This document shows, piece by piece, positions 48,805 to 58,819 of a DNA stretch of 64,000 nucleotides. The notes beneath the pieces are model-generated. The model was not told the DNA's origin, made no database searches, and worked only from the letters and a program-made list of their open reading frames with translations. The position numbers and the translations under genes were made by a program. Source of the stretch: an uncultured Elusimicrobia bacterium (GTDB lineage Bacteria > Elusimicrobiota > Elusimicrobia > 2-01-FULL-59-12); the NCBI GenBank assembly GCA_963702895.1, contig OY969767.1, positions 928,001 to 992,000 on the forward strand. The letters run 5' to 3'. The stretch's first letter is position 1. Every line of letters begins with the position of its first letter.

Positions 48805-48882
48805 GCCTATATTCTATCCCATTTCATCCGTAAAGAGTATGGAGCAGGAGGGCAATTGATGATGGGCCATTAGGCCTAGGAT

Positions 48883-49665
48883 TCATTGGGAGGTGGGTTT
48901 GGCGGGAAATTCGCCTTTGAGCGCTTTCCAGCAGATGTCCACAAACTCCTGCGGGAACTTTCCGTCGGAAATGACCCATTCGACATAGTGGCGCTCTTTT
49001 TTAACGAGGTCTTTGAGGAGAACGCCCTTGTGTTTGCCGAAATTGATGGCAGCCTCGCCGTCTTTCCAGATCATCTTGCGACTGGAATCAACATAGCGCT
49101 CATCTTGCTTATGACAGTATTCGTGCAGGCTTTGGGTGTCCTGAGGGAGGTCCGGGTAATGCTGGAGTTGGGCGAGAAGCACCTCTTCGCTCGCCAGAGC
49201 ATCGGCTTTGGCGCCATGCGCTCCGACCAGAGTCTTTTGGCAGTAAAACTGATACGCAGCGGTCAGGTCCCTGGGCTCTTTGCGATGAAAGATGGTCAGC
49301 CCGTCCAAGATCGCCGGTTCTCCCTTGGGGAAAGGAAAGCCGCAGCGCTTAAATTCTTCAACCAAAATCGGGATGTCGAAGCGGCTGATGCCGAAGCCTG
49401 CGAAGTCGCAGCCGTCCATGAAATCCAGAAGCGAGATCGCGACCTCCTTAAAGGGCGGGGCCTGGGCGATGTCTTCGTTCGTGATACCGTGCACGGCGAT
49501 CACTTCCGCGCTGATGCGAACGCCAGGGTTGATTCTCAGGATCTTCTCTTCGCGCCGGCCATCCGGATGGGTTTTGATCAGGGCGAGCTCGACGACCTTG
49601 TCCCGCGTGGCGTCGGCGCCGGTGGCTTCAATATCCAGAAAGATGAGAGGGCGCGTGAACTTCAC
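48883..49665 (-). CDS. DEDDh 3'-5' exonuclease (DnaQ-like)
   Basis: LDIEATG, HGI, FD, AHGAKADA, FGKHKG. Confidence 0.92.
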   Translation of the reverse strand: MKFTRPLIFLDIEATGADATRDKVVELALIKTHPDGRREEKILRINPGVRISAEVIAVHGITNEDIAQAPPFKEVAISLLDFMDGCDFAGFGISRFDIPILVEEFKRCGFPFPKGEPAILDGLTIFHRKEPRDLTAAYQFYCQKTLVGAHGAKADALASEEVLLAQLQHYPDLPQDTQSLHEYCHKQDERYVDSSRKMIWKDGEAAINFGKHKGVLLKDLVKKERHYVEWVISDGKFPQEFVDICWKALKGEFPAKPTSQ

Positions 49666-50650
49666 TGATCAACAGAAGCGAGCGCTTCGGCGTTGTTTTT
49701 GGACTTCTGCAAGAACTCCACGAAGATGGAAGCGGCTTGCACTTCTTCGATATCGGAGAGCGCGCGTCGGAGCTTGTACACCTTCTGAAGGTCGTCCGGG
49801 GGGATCAGCAGCTCTTCCTTGCGGGTACCCGAGGCGCGGACATTGATCGCGGGGAAAATGCGCTGCTCAGCCGCCGGACGCGAAAGAACGAGTTCCATGT
49901 TGCCGGTGCCTTTGAACTCCTGGAAAATCACGTCATCCATGCGGCTGCCGGTTTCCACGAGGATCGTGGCGAGGATCGTGAGGGACCCCCCTCCTCGATA
50001 TTGCGCGCCATGCCGAAGAAGCGTCTCGGGATCTCGAGCGCCCGGGAATCAAGTCCTCCACTCATGGTCTTGGTCCCAATGGTGTTGGAGTTATGTACCC
50101 GGGCCAGGCGCGTCAGAGAATCGAGAAGGATGACGACGTCATGTCCGGCGTTCGCCTCGCTGATGGCTTTCGACAGGAGATTTTGGGCCACACGGATGTG
50201 CTCTTCGTAAGGGCGGTCGTTCGAGGACGCATGGACTTCTCCCGGCACACTGCGTCGAAAATCCGTCACTTCTTCCGGTCGCTCATCAACGAGGAGGCAA
50301 TAAAGCTTGAGCTGGGGGTCACACTTGCCCAGCGCCTGGCACAGGTTCTTGAGAAACGTGGTTTTGCCGGCCTTCGGAGGTGACACGATGAGCCCGCGCT
50401 GGCCCTTCCCAATGGGGCAAATGAGATCCATGGCCCGCATCGTGAGCTCCGAAGACCCCTTTTCCAGTTCGAGTCTTGCTCGGGGGTCAATCGACGTCTT
50501 TGATAAAAAGGATTCTTCGTCGGGGCTTCGCGAAGGTGAACCGCGTCGGTCCGGCTGGCCAAAACGCCCCCCTCCCGGCCTGTGCGGCTCGCGATGCCAC
50601 GGCCGCCGGGGGTTATCCCTGTTGAAACGTTGTCGGAATGGTCTGTCCAA
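49662..50650 (-). pseudogene. rho: Transcription termination factor Rho, short form, frameshifted at a G6 run (may be a sequencing error)
   Basis: [37 protein letters not shown] in one frame; [32 protein letters not shown] in another frame. Confidence 0.85.
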
Positions 50651-50763
50651 GGTGAGCGATATCGATTATAGCTTCTTTCTACCGCTATTCCTCACTTTCG
50701 AATCAAATCATCCAAAATGTTACTGAAGCTGCCCATGGAAGGCAGGGCTGAATCACGCCTTGG

Positions 50764-52323
50764 TTATTCGTCAAGCGATCCTCGCGAGCGGCCGGTTGCT
50801 TCCATGGTATCGGTGATGTCACTTTTCCAGTTCTCCATCTTGTAGTGGATCATGGCCAAGGCAATGATCAGACCCTGATAAAGACGGTTCACGTCTTGAA
50901 GGGACCGAATGGTCTTGAATTTCTTCCACCAGTAGGATGGGCGGAAATAGAACCTCCGATAAGCCCGTTTGACGGTATCCTGAAGCTCCCGAGCACTTTT
51001 ATAGCCGGTGGGGATGAAGATTGCTTCATTTTGAGTATTGCGGGAAGAGTCCTCATCAATCATCATGCCGTATTGTTTAGCCGTCGCATAGAGGTCGGTC
51101 CCTTTGTGTGGGGTGGTCAAGGTGAATTGCGCGTAATCAAGGTCCAGATCGATAGCGAAATTAATGGTGTTTTCCGCCGTTTCCGGGGTCTCTTCCGGCA
51201 AACCCAGCATAAAAAGCCCGCGAATTTCAATGCCCGCTTGCTGTGCTATTTTCGTGGCCCGCTGGGTGATCGTAGGAGAGAGTCCTTTGCGGATGGCATT
51301 GAGCGAATCCTGATTGGCGGATTCAAGGCCAAAGAATATTTCCCAGCACCCCCCCTCTTTCATTTTCCGGGCGAGGGATTCCGTGATGTCGTTGGCTCGG
51401 CCGAAACAGCTCCAGATGATGTCCAATTTCTCAGCGGCGATCCGGTCGCACACTTCCGTCAGCCAGGGGCGGTTCGCCGTAAAGGTGTCATCCCAGAAGG
51501 AGATTTCCCGCGCTCCAAATTTATCCATGAGATGTTTTATTTCCCTGACGACATTTTCCGGGCTACGAAACCGGACTTCCCGACCCCACGTGAACGGGGT
51601 ACAGCAGAATGAGCAGTTCCATGGGCAGCCACGGGTGACAAACATATGCACCACAGGGAGACGGCGGTATTGCACAGGGAAAGGGATGTATTTCTCCATC
51701 GGCAATAAATGGCGTGCCGGCAACGGAAGGTCGTCTAAATTAGCAAATTCGCGGGCCCCCGTATAATAGCCTGGTCCGCTGGATGCACGTGGGCGGTAGA
51801 CAATCCCTTTAATGGCAGCCGCTTCGTTGATATGCTCGAGCACTTGAGAGCGGTTGTAATCGTATTTCTTAAAAAAACTCATGAGTTCAACGATGGTTCG
51901 CTCTCCTTCACCGATGCAGGCAACATCAAACCAATCATGCTCATCCAGGAGACCGGCGGCAGGGCCCTGGGTGGCATGATGGTAACTGAGCGTCGGATGA
52001 GTTCCCCCCACCAGGGTGATGATCTCGGGGTACTTTTCACGGATAGCGCGGGCCATGGCCACGGATTTGTGGAAAGTGGGTGTTAAGGCATTCAGGCCGA
52101 TCACGCGAGGGCGCTTCTCTGCGATTCGTTCGAGGACGTCTTCTTCGCTTAGACCCAAAACCAGAGGTTCGACCAGGTCGACTTGGAATCCCTTCTCCAG
52201 TAAGGCGGCCGCCAAATAGGCCATACCCAGGGGCGGTAGGTGGCCGTATTTTTCATTGACGGCCTTTCCCCCAGCAGCTTCGCGCTTCGTCAGAGGTGGA
52301 AAGAAAAGGAGACAGTCGATCAT
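50764..52323 (-). CDS. B12-binding radical SAM protein
   Basis: PPLGMAYLAA, GG.HPT, GEGE, TRGCPWNCSFC, DDTF, GLES, GLPEET. Confidence 0.92.
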   Translation of the reverse strand: MIDCLLFFPPLTKREAAGGKAVNEKYGHLPPLGMAYLAAALLEKGFQVDLVEPLVLGLSEEDVLERIAEKRPRVIGLNALTPTFHKSVAMARAIREKYPEIITLVGGTHPTLSYHHATQGPAAGLLDEHDWFDVACIGEGERTIVELMSFFKKYDYNRSQVLEHINEAAAIKGIVYRPRASSGPGYYTGAREFANLDDLPLPARHLLPMEKYIPFPVQYRRLPVVHMFVTRGCPWNCSFCCTPFTWGREVRFRSPENVVREIKHLMDKFGAREISFWDDTFTANRPWLTEVCDRIAAEKLDIIWSCFGRANDITESLARKMKEGGCWEIFFGLESANQDSLNAIRKGLSPTITQRATKIAQQAGIEIRGLFMLGLPEETPETAENTINFAIDLDLDYAQFTLTTPHKGTDLYATAKQYGMMIDEDSSRNTQNEAIFIPTGYKSARELQDTVKRAYRRFYFRPSYWWKKFKTIRSLQDVNRLYQGLIIALAMIHYKMENWKSDITDTMEATGRSRGSLDE

Positions 52324-52343
52324 GTGTGGGTGAGGTGTGGGAG

Positions 52344-52372
52344 AGTCTAACAGCCGATCTAGTGTGTGTCAA
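52344..52372 (-). promoter_or_regulatory. Sigma70-type promoter for the radical SAM gene
   Basis: TTGACA-N17-TAGACT on the minus strand, 20 nt before the ATG. Confidence 0.7.
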
Positions 52373-53644
52373 CACTCGTGTCCGGTTAAAAATGCGAAAT
52401 CCCCCTGGTTCGGTAGAATGATTGCGACCAAGCAAACCATTCTGTCCGAGGGAGGATTTCGCTCATGCATTCTAACACCATAATGAACCAACTGCTTCTC
52501 CTTTTACCACGACATCAGTTCGACCAAGCCGTTTCTGGCTTCGGCGGCGACGCCTACGTTAAAAAATTCTCGACTTGGAACCAGCTCACGACACTCCTCT
52601 ATGCTCAGGCCAGCGGTAAAACAAGCCTGCGTGACATCCAGACGGCTTTAGGCACGCAACAACCCAAGCTCTATCACTTGGGGCTGCCGCCAGTGAAACG
52701 TTCTACCCTGGCTGACGCTAACGCTGGGCGCGACTGGCGCATCATGGAAAAGCTCTTCTATCACCTGCTGGATCGGTGCCAAGCCATCGCGCCTAAGCAT
52801 CAGTTCCGTTTTAAACACAAAGTGACCTGCTTCGATTCCACGAACATGGAACTGTGCCTGAACCTTTTCCCTTGGGCCACCTTTAAACAGGCCAAAGGAG
52901 CGATCAAACTGCATTGCCAACTGGACTTGCGTGGCCAAATCCCTTCCTTTGCCGTCATCACCGATGGAAAGTGCTTCGACCATGCCGCCAAACGTCTTTT
53001 TCCCTTAGAACCGGACAGCATCTATGTCTTCGACCGCGGCTACATGGATTACGGCTGGTACCGTCAGATCGACGATCTCGGCTCTTTCTTCGTCACCCGT
53101 GCCAAAGACAACCTCACCTGCCGCATCACCGGACAGCAAGAAATTCCCTTAAAAAACGGCCTGTTGTACGATCGCACCATTGAGCTTACAGGCCCACGCA
53201 CCAAGACGAAATACAAGAAACCTTTACGACTCATCGGCTACTACGATGCCGACACCGCCATCACTTACCAGTTTATGACCAATAACTTCAAACTGGCCGC
53301 TTTCACCATTGCCCAAATCTATAAGGCCCGTTGGCAGATCGAGCTGTTCTTCAAGTGGCTCAAGCAGCATCTCAAAATCAAAACGTTCCTCGGCACTTCC
53401 AAAAATGCCGTCTTTACCCAAATCTGGGTGGCCTTGTGCTATTTCCTGCTCCTGGCCTACATCAAGTTCCAGACACGATTCCAGCGTTCGCTGTTCTTGC
53501 TGCACCGGTTGGTTCAGAATACCCTTCTCGACCGGCTCAGTCTCATCGATCTATTGCGTATGCCCGAAAAGAATCTTTCAAAAGTTCGAACTATGGAGCC
53601 TCAGCTATGGCTAAGCTTCGGCTAACTTTTACCGGACACCAGTG
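52373..53644 (+). mobile_element. IS4-family insertion sequence, 1272 bp
   Basis: Terminal IRs CACTCGTGTCCGGTTAAAA / CACTGGTGTCCGGTAAAAG; 9-bp target duplication GTGTGTCAA at 52364-52372 and 53645-53653. Confidence 0.95.
52465..53625 (+). CDS. IS4-family transposase
   Basis: SLRDI, RSTLADAN, DST, VFDRGY, YKARWQIELFFKWLKQ. Confidence 0.95.
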   Translation: MHSNTIMNQLLLLLPRHQFDQAVSGFGGDAYVKKFSTWNQLTTLLYAQASGKTSLRDIQTALGTQQPKLYHLGLPPVKRSTLADANAGRDWRIMEKLFYHLLDRCQAIAPKHQFRFKHKVTCFDSTNMELCLNLFPWATFKQAKGAIKLHCQLDLRGQIPSFAVITDGKCFDHAAKRLFPLEPDSIYVFDRGYMDYGWYRQIDDLGSFFVTRAKDNLTCRITGQQEIPLKNGLLYDRTIELTGPRTKTKYKKPLRLIGYYDADTAITYQFMTNNFKLAAFTIAQIYKARWQIELFFKWLKQHLKIKTFLGTSKNAVFTQIWVALCYFLLLAYIKFQTRFQRSLFLLHRLVQNTLLDRLSLIDLLRMPEKNLSKVRTMEPQLWLSFG

Positions 53645-53711
53645 GTGTGTCAATATCAATCCGGACACGAGAGCTTATTCATGCCAATGACGGCTCAATG
53701 GAACGACCGGC

Positions 53712-54434
53712 TCACCTCGCGAAGCGGAATCGGAGGAGGGTCCAGAGGGCGATGAATCCGTCCCGCAGCCGTATTTTCTTTCCTTCATCAACGGAGCGAG
53801 GGAAGTAGGCCACCGGCACCTCCGCGATGGGAATGCCTGCACGGATGAGTTTGGCGGTCAGTTCGTGGTCGGTTTCAAAGCCGTGTGTGCGGACCGTGAA
53901 ATTGCGTAGAACAGCGGTGGGGTAAAGCTTGTAGCCTGTTAAGGGGTCTGTGATCCAGCGTCCGAAGAGAAGAAAGGTCCAAAGCGAGATGAAGACATTC
54001 GCCAGCCATGGACCGATGCCCTGGGCGGGATGCTTCCCAGGGAGACCGCTGCGCCAGCCCTGTTGCCGCCATTGCCCAAGCGTACGGCTGCCGTAGACGG
54101 CAATACGATCGCTTGAGATGGCCGACAGGAGCGCCGGATAATCGCTGGGATCATATTCGAGGTCTGCATCCTGGACGAGCACATAATCCCCCCGGCATTC
54201 CTGAATCCCGCGCTGTACAGCGGCGCCCTTCCCTTGATTTTTCTGGGTGATGCACCGGACCTCGGGGTAGCAACAAGCCTGTGTGGCGGTGTCATCGGAC
54301 GACCCGTCATCCACGACGACAATCTCCTTGATGAACCCGGTCAATTCGGTTGGGGCGGCGCGCACCTTTTCAATCAGAGGACCAATCGTACGAGCTTCGT
54401 TATAGGCCGGAATGACAATGGAGAGCATCCTCAT
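53712..54434 (-). CDS. Glycosyltransferase family 2 (DPM1-like)
   Basis: SIVIPAYNE, VDDGSSD, NQGKG, QDADLEYDP, EGKKI. Confidence 0.92.
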   Translation of the reverse strand: MRMLSIVIPAYNEARTIGPLIEKVRAAPTELTGFIKEIVVVDDGSSDDTATQACCYPEVRCITQKNQGKGAAVQRGIQECRGDYVLVQDADLEYDPSDYPALLSAISSDRIAVYGSRTLGQWRQQGWRSGLPGKHPAQGIGPWLANVFISLWTFLLFGRWITDPLTGYKLYPTAVLRNFTVRTHGFETDHELTAKLIRAGIPIAEVPVAYFPRSVDEGKKIRLRDGFIALWTLLRFRFAR

Positions 54435-56434
54435 CGCAGCCAGTTGCAGAAGAGCATCTTGAAGATCGCGTGCAGACCGTCACCGAAGGTCGTCTTTTTC
54501 CCCTCTGCGCGCGTTCTCGGACGATAGTTCACCGGAATTTCGAGGATGAAGATAGCCTGTTTCCCCAGCTTCGCCAGAATTTCCGTTTCGATCTCGAATC
54601 CATCAGAGGACAACCTCAGGTTTTTGAGGACGCGGGCATCAAAAGCCTTGACCCCGGTCAAGGGATCGCTTACGAAGCGGTTGTAAAGAACGAGCGACAG
54701 GATGCTGATGAGCATGCCGCCGTATTTGCTGGTCAGGTACATCAGGTAGTTTCCTTTATAAATGGTTCGGATTCGTTCGTTCATGTTGACGCACTTGATC
54801 ACCCGGCTCCCGAAAACGGCCTGGGAATCGGTTGTGGCCACCGCTTGCACGACAGAGAGAAGCTCTTCCGGCTGATATTCATTGTCACTTGGGAAAAAAA
54901 CAATAATGTTCCCGTTGGCCTTTTCAATCCCCATCCGCAGAGCGGCGCCTCGTCCCAAGGCGCTCTGGAGCTGATGCACGGTTATATCCGGAACCGTCCG
55001 GGCAAGCTCAACGGTGCGATCCGTGGAGCCGCCATCGATGAGAATAATTTCATGCGCGAGATCCAGGAATTCGAAATTGAGCCGCGATAGGTTCTGAAGC
55101 ACGGTCTTCACCGTGCGCTCTTCGTTGTAGGCAGGGACAAGAATGGAGACCATATGGCGGAAGGGTTTCATCTTCTTGGACCACTTGGAGTTCACAAGGC
55201 TGACCAACTCATCGGTGACCATCCCGCCCGAATGGCTGCCTTTTCCCCTTTCCCAGTTGGTCAGCACAACACGATCCCGCGGGAAGGGAAAGGTATTGAT
55301 GTCAAAGAAAACATACTCTGAGGCGCCCTGGCTTAGCGGGTCGGATGCCTGCATAAAGAAAAGGGAGACAAGATCCACCCATGCGAAATGGAACCGTCCC
55401 TTGCTGTTGAGGTAGAAGAGGAATTTCTCCACCAGCGTCCCGGCTGTCTCGTTGCGGATTTCGAAATCCTTGGCAATGTTGCCGACAAACACCTTTTCCG
55501 CTTGATGATTGGAGGCAATCGCCTCCGCGACCCGCTCGGTCAGATAGGATGGAAACAGGGACGAATGCTGGGTTCCGGGTCCGTAAATGATGATGTCGGC
55601 GCTCTGTAACGCTGCTTCCGCCGCAGGGTTAATTCGCGGGACGCGTGAGAGTTGCTGGAGAAAATTGGCTTTTCCCTCAAGGTCGAGGGAGGAGAGAACG
55701 TGGATCTGGTCCGGGGAGAGATAGTCTGACATCAGGTAGAGCTCGCGTATCGCTGTTGTCTCCTGGGTGGATACGATTTCTCCTTCCTTCAGGAGCAGGG
55801 CGCCGTTTTGCTTGAGCGCGACCAAGACCAAGTTCTCTCCATCCGTAATGTTGAGCACGCGGCCCCGGATGCGGGCAAACTGGGACAATTGGCGCGTCGC
55901 CTCATTAAAGGAGCGGTTTGCGCCAAGGTAGCACCCCGCAAAAAGAAGATTTCCGAACGAGCAATCCCCAAAATCAAAGGGCGGCTGCGAATCGGCCACC
56001 TGTTCGAGATAGTCCAGAAAACGGCGGAGATAGCCCACCATCGTTTCCGCTTGAGCGATATTCAGGTCCTGGTAGGGAGCCGCCAGATCCCGTAGGGGGA
56101 ATGACGGGTGGCCTGAGCACAAGTCCTTGAGTGCGGCCAGCGCGGCCTCGCGCGGGATCTTCAGCGGGAACCGATACTCAATGAACGAGCGAAGGGCACG
56201 GTCCGCTCGATCGACGTCCGGCATGAGACGGCTGATGTTCTTTCGGACATCGGAGGGCCCGAGCATGCCTGGAAGAAACTTGCGAAGAGCGCCCGTGGAA
56301 AGGCCGTCGTCGTAGGTGTTCACCAGGAGCGTCAGGGAGATTTGACCGTGTTTCAAGAAAGCCTCTGTGATGCTCCCGGTGCCCCGCCCCCCGGAAAACA
56401 TAACGACATTCAAAGGCGAAGTCTCAGTGACCAT
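54431..56434 (-). CDS. CofD/YvcK-like domain fused to a GT2 domain
   Basis: FSGGRG, DDGLSTG, GPSDVRK, GN, ADIIIYGPG..SS; C-terminal SILVPAYNE..DGGSTD. Confidence 0.82.
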   Translation of the reverse strand: MVTETSPLNVVMFSGGRGTGSITEAFLKHGQISLTLLVNTYDDGLSTGALRKFLPGMLGPSDVRKNISRLMPDVDRADRALRSFIEYRFPLKIPREAALAALKDLCSGHPSFPLRDLAAPYQDLNIAQAETMVGYLRRFLDYLEQVADSQPPFDFGDCSFGNLLFAGCYLGANRSFNEATRQLSQFARIRGRVLNITDGENLVLVALKQNGALLLKEGEIVSTQETTAIRELYLMSDYLSPDQIHVLSSLDLEGKANFLQQLSRVPRINPAAEAALQSADIIIYGPGTQHSSLFPSYLTERVAEAIASNHQAEKVFVGNIAKDFEIRNETAGTLVEKFLFYLNSKGRFHFAWVDLVSLFFMQASDPLSQGASEYVFFDINTFPFPRDRVVLTNWERGKGSHSGGMVTDELVSLVNSKWSKKMKPFRHMVSILVPAYNEERTVKTVLQNLSRLNFEFLDLAHEIILIDGGSTDRTVELARTVPDITVHQLQSALGRGAALRMGIEKANGNIIVFFPSDNEYQPEELLSVVQAVATTDSQAVFGSRVIKCVNMNERIRTIYKGNYLMYLTSKYGGMLISILSLVLYNRFVSDPLTGVKAFDARVLKNLRLSSDGFEIETEILAKLGKQAIFILEIPVNYRPRTRAEGKKTTFGDGLHAIFKMLFCNWLR

Positions 56435-57239
56435 GGGAACTTCTCATTTCGAGGATAGAGGCCAATTGACGGGCTTCGGCGTCGGTGTTTAAGCCCATCG
56501 ATTCCTCTGCTTGGCGAATTCGCAGGGTGATCACATCCCCGGGCTCTTGGTCCAGCCATGGAATCACCGGCAATAAATTCATCTCCCTTGTCTTTTTTCC
56601 TAGGAGGACCGCTTCTCCGGCTTCCGTTAACGCTCTAAAAAGGGATTTGCTTCTAAAAAAGAAGATACCACAATCATTTTCTCCTTCCGTGATCGGCATG
56701 TCCTCTTCCCGGGCCTGATGAACGGTCCGGATCCGCCCTTCTGGATCACGTTCGAAGCGGATGTAGGGTTGTGCACGATGGACGGTCGGAAAAATAAGCT
56801 TAGCCGCTGGATGGGCATGAGCGAGGGTGAGACATGCGGAGAGGGTGCGGTCCGATAAGGCGATTTGATCGACCCACATCACGATGCTGTAGGGTGTATG
56901 GACGACCGGCTGGGCCTGCTGAACGGCATGACCCATTCCCAAAGGTTTTTCCTGGAGTACGAGGCTGAAATCTCCAGGCACGAGTTCCTCCAAACGCGGG
57001 CGGACGAGCCTATCCACGCCCGGGGCCAGGATCAACACAAAGCGCTTGCAATAGGGCTTCAATCGATCCAGACACCATTCAAACAGAGGCTTTCCCAAGA
57101 CAGGATAGAGCAGTTTCGGTTGATGGAAGCCTAAGCGTGAACCACGGCCCGCCGCCGGGATGATCGCGGTCCAGGAATGTTGTGAGTCTGGCCCCGGAGA
57201 CATACCCATGACGTCATCGATGCTGTAGACGCTTGACAT
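56424..57239 (-). CDS. NTP transferase (GlmU/MobA-like N-terminal domain)
   Basis: IIPAAGRGSRL....PK; Q..PLGMGHAV. Confidence 0.85.
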   Translation of the reverse strand: MSSVYSIDDVMGMSPGPDSQHSWTAIIPAAGRGSRLGFHQPKLLYPVLGKPLFEWCLDRLKPYCKRFVLILAPGVDRLVRPRLEELVPGDFSLVLQEKPLGMGHAVQQAQPVVHTPYSIVMWVDQIALSDRTLSACLTLAHAHPAAKLIFPTVHRAQPYIRFERDPEGRIRTVHQAREEDMPITEGENDCGIFFFRSKSLFRALTEAGEAVLLGKKTREMNLLPVIPWLDQEPGDVITLRIRQAEESMGLNTDAEARQLASILEMRSSHGH

Positions 57240-57921
57240 AGTCCGTTAGCGATATAAGCGTAGCAAAGATATGTTCGGCTCCAACTCTCCTCAAGGCCTT
57301 GGGGTCTGTTGTGCCCGTCATGGCGATTGTTCGTAGACCGGCTCGTCGAGCAGCCAGGATACCCGGAACCGCGTCTTCCACCACCAAGGCCTCGTGCGAA
57401 CCAACCTTGAGACGCCTGAGTGCCTCGCAGTAGATGGCGGGATCCGGCTTGGCGTTCCGAACATGATCGCCCGATAGAACAACCGAGAAATAGCATCGAG
57501 AAGAGCTGGCTTTCAGAAAAAGATTGACACTTCTACGGTTCGAGGAGCTCACCAGTGCGAGCTTGAAATGACGGTTGAGCTTTTGAAGCATCGTTCTGCA
57601 ATGGGGGCGAAGGGGAGGGCGGGCCGATAAGTACTTCTGCGCCAAAGCTTGTTTCTTTCGGACCAGTTGTGCCAGGACTTCAGGCGGCGGGTTCTGACGG
57701 GCTCGGCGAAAGATCCGTCGGAGGGCTTCTTCCGTTTTCATTCCGGCGACTTGTGCATAATCCAGCCGCCGGATCCCCCACGGTCGAAGAACCTCCAACA
57801 AGGCCTGATGATGAATCGTGCTGGACTCCCAGAGGACCCCATCCAAATCAAAAAGGATGGCTTTCAGAACTTGCCCGCCAGGATTAATCTTTTTTCGCGA
57901 CAACAAGGGTTTGTCCGACAT
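57214..57921 (-). CDS. HAD-family phosphatase
   Basis: ILFDLDGVL, KPDPAIY, VVEDA..G; start uncertain. Confidence 0.88.
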   Translation of the reverse strand: MSDKPLLSRKKINPGGQVLKAILFDLDGVLWESSTIHHQALLEVLRPWGIRRLDYAQVAGMKTEEALRRIFRRARQNPPPEVLAQLVRKKQALAQKYLSARPPLRPHCRTMLQKLNRHFKLALVSSSNRRSVNLFLKASSSRCYFSVVLSGDHVRNAKPDPAIYCEALRRLKVGSHEALVVEDAVPGILAARRAGLRTIAMTGTTDPKALRRVGAEHIFATLISLTDYVKRLQHR

Positions 57922-58819
57922 GGTAGCGCAGAGGCTGATGGTCAAGACGCAGCCACCGCAGGATGTTCTGGAAGGGTTTGAGCCATGGCAAGATGGTGAT
58001 CGCGCGCTGGAGCGCATACCCGGCTTCGAGCGTCTGAAAGTAAGGATGGGAAAAGAGGAGAGTGAACCCGTGACTTTTCAGAAGGCGCTGGATTGTATCG
58101 TGTGTAAAGTAGAACAGGTGAATGTTTAAGAGAAAGGGCCACTTTTTTCCCAGGAGCCGAGCTGCCAAACTACCGTAATCGGGAGTACTGATCACCAGGT
58201 GGCCTCCAGGGGCAAGAAGCGGCTGGATCTGGTCAAGCAGAAGGTCCGGTTTCGGCACATGTTCGATGACGTCCCATAAAGACACCAGATCAAAACTCCC
58301 CGGTGCAAAACCGCAACTTTCCAAAGTCCCCGTCCGCAGATCAACGCCGAACTGTTGGCGGCCCGTCGCACACAACCAGGCACTGGGTTCGACACCGGTC
58401 ACCGAGAAACCGAGGTCCTTGGCAGCTTTCAGGAAATATCCTCCTGCAGAGCCAATGTCCAGAATCCTGGTTGCGCTTGAAGGAGTGATCCGGAGATGTT
58501 TGACGACGGCCAAGAGACTTTTCCGAAAACTTTCAACCCGGACGCTCGCCTGGTCCCAGTGGGTCTCATCTTGAGCGTCCCGGTAAGATTGAAGGACAAT
58601 CTCAGACCGAATACGGGGATTCAGGTAATGCAGACCGCAAGTCCGGCATCGGACCATCTGGTCGAGCAAGGGTTGGTCACTCGAAGAGGAGTACATGCGA
58701 AGGAGATCTTCCTGGGACATCGTGGCCGGGTAGGCGGCCGGGATCACGATTTCAAAGGAAGAGCGGTGGCAAATCGGGCAATCGACAGCCTCCAAGACAT
58801 CCGTCAAGTTAATGCCCAT
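57884..58819 (-). CDS. Class I SAM methyltransferase with N-terminal Zn-finger
   Basis: CPIC...CRTC; ILDIGSAGG; WDVIEHV. Confidence 0.88.
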   Translation of the reverse strand: MGINLTDVLEAVDCPICHRSSFEIVIPAAYPATMSQEDLLRMYSSSSDQPLLDQMVRCRTCGLHYLNPRIRSEIVLQSYRDAQDETHWDQASVRVESFRKSLLAVVKHLRITPSSATRILDIGSAGGYFLKAAKDLGFSVTGVEPSAWLCATGRQQFGVDLRTGTLESCGFAPGSFDLVSLWDVIEHVPKPDLLLDQIQPLLAPGGHLVISTPDYGSLAARLLGKKWPFLLNIHLFYFTHDTIQRLLKSHGFTLLFSHPYFQTLEAGYALQRAITILPWLKPFQNILRWLRLDHQPLRYHVGQTLVVAKKD

